Shown here one piece after another: positions 26,500 to 32,000 of a DNA stretch of 32,000 bases (the first letter of the stretch is position 1; every line of letters begins with the position of its first letter). Made by a program: the position numbers and the translations under genes. This DNA is from Delftia acidovorans NBRC 14950 (lineage in GTDB: Bacteria; Pseudomonadota; Gammaproteobacteria; Burkholderiales; Burkholderiaceae_C): assembly GCF_001598795.1 (NCBI RefSeq), contig NZ_BCZP01000007.1, positions 210,001 through 242,000 on the forward strand, given 5' to 3'. The notes beneath the pieces are model-generated. The model was not told where the DNA came from. It saw only the letters and a list, made by a program, of their open reading frames with translations, and did not search any database.

Positions 26500-26528
26500 A
26501 GTCTTCTCAATCGGAGATCATTTGTCAA
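26500..26528 (-). promoter_or_regulatory. Candidate sigma70 promoter of the isomerase/ABC/dehydrogenase operon
   Basis: On the minus strand: TTGACA (26528-26523), 17 nt, then AAGACT (26505-26500). The -35 hexamer is embedded in operator candidate B. Confidence 0.3.
26514..26528. promoter_or_regulatory. Operator candidate B: GAGATCATTTGTCAA
   Basis: Read directly. It carries the same GATCATTTG 9-mer as site A and overlaps the minus-strand -35 hexamer. Confidence 0.4.
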
Positions 26529-26612
26529 ACAACGAAAGCTATGCGCATCAGCAATATGAAGACGTAACCTGTTGAATTTTCTAAATAAATCATCAAATCC
26601 TATCGTTTTCCC

Positions 26613-26631
26613 TTGGCTATTGAATAGCCAA
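26613..26631. promoter_or_regulatory. Perfect 9-1-9 palindrome TTGGCTATT-G-AATAGCCAA
   Basis: Read directly. It ends 6 bp upstream of the + strand TTGACA. It does not resemble the GATCAT sites, so it may bind a second factor. Confidence 0.4.
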
Positions 26632-26637
26632 AAGGCA

Positions 26638-26667
26638 TTGACACGCCAATTTCAACAAATCAAAAAT
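26638..26667 (+). promoter_or_regulatory. Candidate sigma70 promoter of the DhaK-DhaL kinase gene
   Basis: TTGACA (26638-26643), 18 nt, then AAAAAT (26662-26667). It lies 70 nt upstream of the kinase ATG, and operator candidate C lies just downstream. Confidence 0.4.
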
Positions 26668-26675
26668 GACCACGC

Positions 26676-26690
26676 AATGATCATATGAAC
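26676..26690. promoter_or_regulatory. Operator candidate C: AATGATCATATGAAC
   Basis: Read directly. It carries GATCATATG, a one-mismatch copy of the 9-mer in sites A and B. It is positioned around the predicted transcription start of the kinase gene. Confidence 0.4.
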
Positions 26691-26736
26691 AGTCTTCGGC
26701 ACACCCGCCGAGACCGCACCTGGAGGAGACAAAGGC

Positions 26737-28533
26737 ATGACGACCAACCGCGTGATCAACGACCCCGACCGGGTGGTGGAGGACATGCTCCAGGGATGGA
26801 TCGCCGCCCATGGCGACACCCTGCGCATCGACGCCGGCAATGCCCGCGTCGTGCGCCTGCATGGCGCGCCACGCAGGGGCAAGGTGGGCATCGTGACGGG
26901 CGGCGGGTCGGGCCACGAACCAGCCTTTCTGGGCTATGTGGGCGCAGGCCTGTGCGACGCCGCCGCCGTGGGCGAGGTCTTCTCGTCCCCCACGGCCAGA
27001 AGCTTCTACGACGCCATGCGCGCGGCCGATGGCGGCGCCGGCGTGGCCTGCCTGTATGGCAACTACGCGGGCGACAACATGAACGTGGCCATGGCCGTGC
27101 AGATGGCCGCGGCCGAAGGCATGGCGGTCAGGACCGTGGTGGCCAACGACGACGTGCCTTCAGCCGCGCGGGGCGACGAGGCCAGCCGCCGCGGTGTGGC
27201 CGGCGAGATCCTGATGTGGAAGGTGGCGGGCGCCCGGGCGGCCATGGGCGCCAGCCTCGACGAAGTGATCGCCCTCGCACGGCACGCCATGGCCCGCACG
27301 CGCAGCATCGGCATCGGCCTGTCGGCATGCACCATTCCCGCCGTGGGCAAGGCCAACTTCCATATCGAGCGCGGCAGCATGGAGGTGGGCATAGGCCACC
27401 ATGGCGAGCCCGGCATGTCCGTGCACCGCACGGCCACGGCGGCCGATATGACCGAGCGCATGCTGGACACCCTGCTGCCCGACCTGCCCTTCGCCCCGGG
27501 CGACCGCGTGGCCGTGCTGCTGTCCGGCCTGGGCGCCACGCCACTGATGGAGCAGTACATCCTCTATGGCGAGGTGGCCCGGCGCCTGCAAGAACGCGGC
27601 ATTCAGGCGGCCTTCCGGCTGGTGGGCAATCTCTTCACGTCGCTGGAGATGATGGGCATCACGCTCACGCTGATGCAGTTGGATGATGCGCTGGAAGCCT
27701 GCCTCAAGGCGCCCTGCCAGTCAGTCGCCCTGACCCTGGCCGGCGGGCTGCCGCCCCAGCCGCAGGACGCCACTCCAACGTCGCCCTCTGTTCCGGCAAG
27801 GACGCCGGCACAGGCCCAGGAACAAGCACAAACCGCCCGCCCCCAAGCCGCAAGGCGCACCAGCCAAGGGCCGGCCATCGTGCTCGATGGCGCGGGCAGC
27901 ATCGTGCGTGAACTGATCACGGCCATCGTCAGCCACCGGGAGTTCCTGAGCGAGATCGACGGCCTGATCGGCGATGGCGATCACGGCATCAACATGGCCA
28001 AGGGCTTTTCCGGCTGCGGCGCACGGCTCGATGCCATGGACGCCAGCCAGGCGGCGCAGCTGCCTGCGGCGCTGCAGCAGCTGTCCCAGGCCTTGATGGA
28101 CGATATCGGCGGCTCCATGGGCCCGCTGTACGGCAGCTTCTTCCAAGGCTTCGCCGATGTTCTTGGGCCGGAGCAGGAGATGGATGCCACCCTGTTCGGC
28201 CAGGCGCTGGCGCGGGCCGTCGCCGATGTGCAGGAGATGGGCAAGGCCCAGGTGGGCGACAAGACCCTCATCGACACGCTGGCCCCGGCCCTGCAGGCCT
28301 ACCGGCAATCGCTGCAGGCGGGCGCCGGCTTCCGCGAGGCGCTGCAGGCCATGGAGGCCGCGGCCGAAGCGGGCAAGGAATCCACGCGCCACCTGCAGGC
28401 CCGCATCGGGCGCTCGGCCCGGCTGGGGCCGCGCTCCATTGGCGTGCTGGACGCGGGCGCCACGTCCTGCTGGCTGATTCTGAGCACCCTGGCGCAGTCG
28501 CTGCAGCGGCGACTGGCGCAAGCCTCAGCCTAG
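26737..28533 (+). CDS. ATP-dependent dihydroxyacetone-kinase-family triose/tetrulose kinase (fused DhaK and DhaL domains)
   Basis: The DhaK domain has VTGGGSGHEPAF, YGNYAGDNMN and GIGHHGEPG. The DhaL domain has LIGDGDHGINMAKG and GGSMGPLYG...VGDKTLID. A Pro/Gln/Ala-rich linker of about 50 aa joins them. A GGAGGAGA Shine-Dalgarno lies at 26722-26729. Confidence 0.92.
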   Translation: MTTNRVINDPDRVVEDMLQGWIAAHGDTLRIDAGNARVVRLHGAPRRGKVGIVTGGGSGHEPAFLGYVGAGLCDAAAVGEVFSSPTARSFYDAMRAADGGAGVACLYGNYAGDNMNVAMAVQMAAAEGMAVRTVVANDDVPSAARGDEASRRGVAGEILMWKVAGARAAMGASLDEVIALARHAMARTRSIGIGLSACTIPAVGKANFHIERGSMEVGIGHHGEPGMSVHRTATAADMTERMLDTLLPDLPFAPGDRVAVLLSGLGATPLMEQYILYGEVARRLQERGIQAAFRLVGNLFTSLEMMGITLTLMQLDDALEACLKAPCQSVALTLAGGLPPQPQDATPTSPSVPARTPAQAQEQAQTARPQAARRTSQGPAIVLDGAGSIVRELITAIVSHREFLSEIDGLIGDGDHGINMAKGFSGCGARLDAMDASQAAQLPAALQQLSQALMDDIGGSMGPLYGSFFQGFADVLGPEQEMDATLFGQALARAVADVQEMGKAQVGDKTLIDTLAPALQAYRQSLQAGAGFREALQAMEAAAEAGKESTRHLQARIGRSARLGPRSIGVLDAGATSCWLILSTLAQSLQRRLAQASA

Positions 28534-28536
28534 GGC

Positions 28537-29043
28537 TCAGCGCCTGCGGGCAGCGCCGCGCACCAGCAGCACCAAGACGGCCACGCTCATGATGGCGAAG
28601 CAGATGAAGGACCAGTTGGCGATGGAGCCGCCCAGGAAGCTCCAGTCCACGGCGGCGCAGTCGCCCGAGCCACGGAAGATCATGGGCACGGCACGGCTGA
28701 TGGAGTAGTTCTCGATCATTCCGTAGAAGTCGCGCCCGCAGGTGGCGAACTCGGGCGGATACCACTGCAGCCAGCTCTGGCGCGCGGCGACGAAGGCGCC
28801 AAAGCCTGCAGCCACCAGCGCCAGCACGCCCCAGCTGATCAGCCAGCCGCGACCGCCGCGCACACTGCCCAGGCCCGTGAAGAGGGCCACGCCGATCAAT
28901 GCATAGCGCTGCACGATGCACATCGGGCAGGGCTCCAGCCCGACCACATGCTGCAGATACATGCCGAAGGCCAGCATGGCCACGCAGGCCAGGCTGATGA
29001 GCGCCAGGATGCGGCGCGGAGCGTTGTCAAACCATTGAAGCAT
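28537..29043 (-). CDS. dsbB: Disulfide bond formation protein B
   Basis: 168 aa with four hydrophobic helices. It has a CPMC (CxxC) pair in the first periplasmic loop (LEPCPMCIVQRY) and a second Cys pair (ATCGRD...GDCAAVDW). Confidence 0.9.
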   Translation of the reverse strand: MLQWFDNAPRRILALISLACVAMLAFGMYLQHVVGLEPCPMCIVQRYALIGVALFTGLGSVRGGRGWLISWGVLALVAAGFGAFVAARQSWLQWYPPEFATCGRDFYGMIENYSISRAVPMIFRGSGDCAAVDWSFLGGSIANWSFICFAIMSVAVLVLLVRGAARRR

Positions 29044-29074
29044 TCTTGTCTTTCGTCACCCGGTTGAATGAAAT

Positions 29075-29109
29075 CAGGGCTGCGGCGCCGGCCCGGCGCT
29101 GCAGCCCTG
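29075..29109 (-). terminator. 35-nt GC-rich hairpin downstream of cysA (probable terminator of the cysTWA operon)
   Basis: Read directly: CAGGGCTGCGGCGCCGG-C-CCGGCGCTGCAGCCCTG. The stem is 17 bp with one mismatched position that pairs as a G-U wobble in the plus-strand transcript. On the minus strand it is followed by ATTTCATTCAA. It lies 33 nt after the cysA stop and upstream of dsbB. Confidence 0.5.
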
Positions 29110-29141
29110 TTCAGCGGGTGCAGGAAGCCGTTGCCGCGCCG

Positions 29142-30269
29142 TCAGATGCCAGCCGCCTCGTCCAGAAACACCTTGGCACGGCGCGGTGTCACCACCAGGG
29201 TTTCCCCCTCGCGCAGGGCCATGTCCCTGAACTGCTGCGCAGGAATCTGCGCCTCGATCAGGCCACCCTCTTCGGCATTGTCCGTGCTTTCGGTGCTCTC
29301 CGATGGAATAAGTTCCAGGCGCGCAATGGGCCCCACGACGATGGCGCGGGCCAGCTGCACGACGATGCCCGTGGGCCGTCCCTGGACGTCCAGGTTCTGG
29401 CCGGGCGAGTAGCGCTCCACCTCCAGATCGTGCGGGCGCACATAGGCGAAGGCCTTGCTGTCGCTGGCGCCCTTGGCGTCGTGGCTGTCCAGCTGGGTGC
29501 CGTCGTCCAGGTAGACACGGCCATCGCTGGCGCGGCCCTTGAACAGGTTGACATCGCCCAGGAAGCCGTAGACGAAGGGCGTGGCCGGGTTGTCCCAGAC
29601 CTGCTGGGGCGTGCCCTCCTGCTCGATGCGGCCCTGGTTGATGACGACCACGCGGTCGGCCACTTCCAGTGCCTCCTCCTGGTCATGGGTCACGAAGATG
29701 GAGGTCACATGCAGCTCGTCATGCAGACGGCGCAGCCAGCGGCGCAGCTCCTTGCGCACCTTGGCATCCAGCGCGCCGAAGGGCTCGTCGAGCAGCAGCA
29801 CCTTGGGCTCCACCGCCAGGGCGCGGGCCAGGGCAATGCGCTGGCGCTGGCCGCCCGACAGCTGGGACGGAAAGCGTTCGGCAATCCAGTCCAGCTGCAC
29901 CAGCTTGAGCAGGCTCATCACCTTCTCGCGGATCTGGGCCTCGCTGGGGCGCTGGCTGCGCGGCTTCACGCGCAGGCCGAAGGCCACGTTCTCGAACACG
30001 GTCATGTGGCGGAACAGCGCGTAGTGCTGGAACACGAAGCCCACGTTGCGCTCGCGCACATGGACATCGGTGGTGTCTTCGCCGCTGAAGTGGATGCTGC
30101 CCACGTCGGGCGTCTCCAGGCCCGCGATGATGCGCAGCAGCGTGGTCTTGCCGCAGCCCGAGGGGCCGAGCAGTGCGATGAGTTCGCCGGACTGGATGTC
30201 CAGGCTCACATCGCGCAGGGCCTGGAAATCGCCGAACTGCTTGCTGACGTTGCGTATTTCAATGCTCAT
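29142..30269 (-). CDS. cysA: Sulfate/thiosulfate ABC transporter ATP-binding protein
   Basis: This is an internal start of track ORF 29142..30434, beginning [45 protein letters not shown] (Walker A). It also has [26 protein letters not shown], and a C-terminal TOBE-like regulatory domain. It follows cysT and cysW. Confidence 0.92.
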   Translation of the reverse strand: MSIEIRNVSKQFGDFQALRDVSLDIQSGELIALLGPSGCGKTTLLRIIAGLETPDVGSIHFSGEDTTDVHVRERNVGFVFQHYALFRHMTVFENVAFGLRVKPRSQRPSEAQIREKVMSLLKLVQLDWIAERFPSQLSGGQRQRIALARALAVEPKVLLLDEPFGALDAKVRKELRRWLRRLHDELHVTSIFVTHDQEEALEVADRVVVINQGRIEQEGTPQQVWDNPATPFVYGFLGDVNLFKGRASDGRVYLDDGTQLDSHDAKGASDSKAFAYVRPHDLEVERYSPGQNLDVQGRPTGIVVQLARAIVVGPIARLELIPSESTESTDNAEEGGLIEAQIPAQQFRDMALREGETLVVTPRRAKVFLDEAAGI

Positions 30270-30306
30270 GGTCTTGCTCTTGCTTTTGTCTGGTCGGGGC
30301 CGAGGT

Positions 30307-31341
30307 TCAGGACACCTGCGGCACCTGGGATGCCTGGGATGCCTGGGATGCCTGGGATGCCTGGGATGCCTGGGAAGACGCCGTGGGGCGCTCGGGAGGC
30401 AGGTCGGCAGCGGCCTTGGCCTGCTGCTCGGCACGCCACTCGGCCACCGACTTGATGACCAGGGTCACCAGCGCCAGCAGGGCCAGCAGCGAGGCGGCAG
30501 CGAAGGCGGCAACGGACTGGTACTCGTTGTAGAGGATCTCCACATGCAGCGGAATGGTGTTGGTCTGGCCGCGGATGTGGCCCGAGACCACCGACACCGC
30601 GCCGAACTCGCCCATGGCACGCGCATTGCACAGGATCACGCCGTACAGCAGGCCCCACTTGATGTTGGGCACGGTGACCTTCCAGAAGGTCTGCCAGCCC
30701 GTGGCACCCAGCACGATGGCGGCCTGCTCCTCGTCGCTGCCCTGCGCCTGCATCAGCGGGATCAGCTCGCGGGCGATGAAGGGGAAGGTCACGAAGATGG
30801 TGGCCAGCACGATGCCGGGCACGGCGAAGATGATCTTGATGTCATGCTCGGCCAGCCAGGGGCCGAACCAGCCATGGGCACCGAACACCAGCACGTACAT
30901 CAGGCCCGCCACCACAGGCGAGATCGAGAACGGCAGGTCGATCAGGGTGATCAGAAAGGCCTTGCCCCGGAACTCGAACTTGGCGATGCACCAGGCCGCC
31001 GCCACGCCGAACACCAGGTTCACCGGCACGGCGATCAGCGCCGTGATCAGGGTCAGCTTGATGGCCGACCAGGCATCGGGCTCCTGCAGGCCGGCGACAT
31101 AGGCGTCCCAGCCCTTGCGCAGCGCCTCGGTGAACACGGCCGCCAGTGGCAGCACGAGGAACAGGCCGATGAAGATCAGCGCAATGCCCGTGAGAATCCA
31201 GCGCACGGCGCGCGGCTCGGTGGTGGTGAGCTTTTCGCGCCGGCCCTTCGGGGGCGCGGTGAGCCTGTACAGAACCAGAACGGCGACCAGCACCGCGCCA
31301 ATGATCTTGAGAAGCAATGCTTCCTGTGGAGACAACGCCAT
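30307..31341 (-). CDS. cysW: Sulfate ABC transporter permease CysW with N- and C-terminal extensions
   Basis: The core is [43 protein letters not shown]...[26 protein letters not shown], matching CysW. The ATG lies 1 nt after the cysT stop. At 344 aa it is longer than enterobacterial CysW, which I recall as roughly 290 aa. Confidence 0.9.
   Translation of the reverse strand: MALSPQEALLLKIIGAVLVAVLVLYRLTAPPKGRREKLTTTEPRAVRWILTGIALIFIGLFLVLPLAAVFTEALRKGWDAYVAGLQEPDAWSAIKLTLITALIAVPVNLVFGVAAAWCIAKFEFRGKAFLITLIDLPFSISPVVAGLMYVLVFGAHGWFGPWLAEHDIKIIFAVPGIVLATIFVTFPFIARELIPLMQAQGSDEEQAAIVLGATGWQTFWKVTVPNIKWGLLYGVILCNARAMGEFGAVSVVSGHIRGQTNTIPLHVEILYNEYQSVAAFAAASLLALLALVTLVIKSVAEWRAEQQAKAAADLPPERPTASSQASQASQASQASQASQVPQVS
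30324..30377. repeat. Tandem 9-bp repeat (CCTGGGATG x5 plus a degenerate sixth copy CCTGGGAAG)
   Basis: Read directly at 30324-30368 (five perfect copies) plus 30369-30377. It is in frame in the cysW 3' end, where it encodes (ASQ)n: ...[23 protein letters not shown]. Confidence 0.9.
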
Positions 31342-31342
31342 C

Positions 31343-32000
31343 TCAAGCCCCTCCCGAATGCTTGCGCTGCCATGCCTGCAGCGCGTTGATGACCAGCAGC
31401 ATCACGAAGGAGAACAGCAGCATCACCACGGCCACGGCCGTGGCGCCTGCGTAGTCGTATTGCTCCAGCTTGCCAATGATGATCAGCGGTGTGATTTCAG
31501 AAATCATGGGCATGTTGCCCGCGATGAAGATGACCGATCCGTACTCGCCGATGGCGCGTGCAAAGGCCATGGCAAAGCCCGTGAGCAGCGCGGGCGTGAT
31601 GGCCGGCAGGATCACCTTGTAGAAGATCTGCCAGCGCGAGGCGCCCAGGCTGGTGGCCGCCTCCTCAAGCTCCTTTTCGGAGTCTTCCAGCACCGGCTGC
31701 ACCGTGCGCACGACAAAGGGCAGACCGATGAAGATCAGCGCAATCACCACGCCGTTCGGGTTGAAGGCCAGCTGGATGCCGTAGGGCTCCAGGTACTGGC
31801 CCACCCAGCCGTTGCCGGCCAGCAAGGCGGTCAGCGAAATACCGGCCACGGCCGTGGGCAGGGCAAAGGGCAGGTCCACCAGGGCATCGACGATCTTCTT
31901 GCCCGGGAACTTGTAGCGCACCAGCACCCAGGCGATCAGCAGGCCGAACACCAGGTTCACGCAGGCCGCCGCGAACGAGGCGCCAAACGTCAGCCGGTAC
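31343..32000 (-). CDS. cysT: Sulfate ABC transporter permease CysT (N-terminal part lies beyond the window end)
   Basis: ...[56 protein letters not shown]...[18 protein letters not shown]. The reading frame stays open to position 32000. The 'start' at 31960 in the ORF track is an internal GTG. Confidence 0.9.
   Translation of the reverse strand, partial: YRLTFGASFAAACVNLVFGLLIAWVLVRYKFPGKKIVDALVDLPFALPTAVAGISLTALLAGNGWVGQYLEPYGIQLAFNPNGVVIALIFIGLPFVVRTVQPVLEDSEKELEEAATSLGASRWQIFYKVILPAITPALLTGFAMAFARAIGEYGSVIFIAGNMPMISEITPLIIIGKLEQYDYAGATAVAVVMLLFSFVMLLVINALQAWQRKHSGGA

Noticed and set aside
26443-26736. The AT-rich 294-bp spacer as a small-RNA gene or an insertion scar.
   Set aside because: It is fully explained by two divergent promoters with TTGACA -35 hexamers plus operator-like repeats. 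It has no terminator structure and no inverted terminal repeats.
19383-28533. The polyol locus or the efflux operon as a horizontally acquired genomic island.
   Set aside because: There is no flanking tRNA, integrase, transposase or direct repeat. I see no compositional break in the coding regions. Only the promoter spacer is AT-rich.
30324-30377. The tandem repeat as a possible CRISPR array or mobile-element terminal repeat.
   Set aside because: The units are 9 bp long and directly adjacent with no spacers. There are no cas genes. The repeat lies in frame within cysW. It is a coding minisatellite.
1-32000. A search for defence or toxin-antitoxin style systems: nucleases, helicases, methyltransferases, small paired ORFs, retron/DGR-like repeats and cas genes.
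   Set aside because: Every sizeable gap between the conventional metabolic, transport and regulatory genes is 300 bp or shorter and looks like promoter or terminator DNA. No ORF with normal amino-acid composition is left unassigned.

Overview
This is a very GC-rich, gene-dense chromosomal segment; third codon positions of the real genes are almost all G/C. Gene content suggests a betaproteobacterium of the Burkholderiales/Comamonadaceae type: two orphan 'Bug'/TctC solute-binding proteins, five LysR regulators, and a PenA-like beta-lactamase with an AmpR-like regulator. That taxonomic call is inference only. I support about 30 protein-coding genes. I found no rRNA, tRNA, CRISPR array, transposase, integrase or phage gene. 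Modules in order:
- (1) LysR regulator, divergent from a tautomerase gene.
- (2) LysR regulator, divergent from a Bug binding protein plus a signal-less gamma-glutamyltransferase homologue.
- (3) Amidohydrolase_2 enzyme plus Bug binding protein, divergent from a LysR regulator and an MFS transporter.
- (4) A four-gene envelope-spanning operon: TolC-like protein, HlyD-like adaptor and two ABC-2 permeases, with no ATPase gene.
- (5) argA, preceded by a terminator-like leader.
- (6) A class A beta-lactamase with a twin-arginine signal and lipobox, divergent from an AmpR-like LysR regulator.
- (7) A GST and a LysE exporter.
- (8) A SorC-regulated polyol/tetritol-type catabolic locus. One operon encodes an RpiB-family isomerase, an ABC importer, an SDR, a Zn-ADH and the regulator. 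A fused DhaK-DhaL kinase is transcribed divergently. The AT-rich control region between them carries repeated GATCAT(T/A)TG operators.
- (9) dsbB.
- (10) cysT-cysW-cysA. The cysW 3' end contains an in-frame 9-bp minisatellite.

I do not see a recognisable defence system or an obviously unprecedented system. The two best candidates for new biology are the ATPase-less tripartite ABC-2 operon and the uncharacterised polyol locus with its operator architecture. Most long ORFs in the six-frame track are GC-driven shadow ORFs antisense to, or out of frame with, the real genes.
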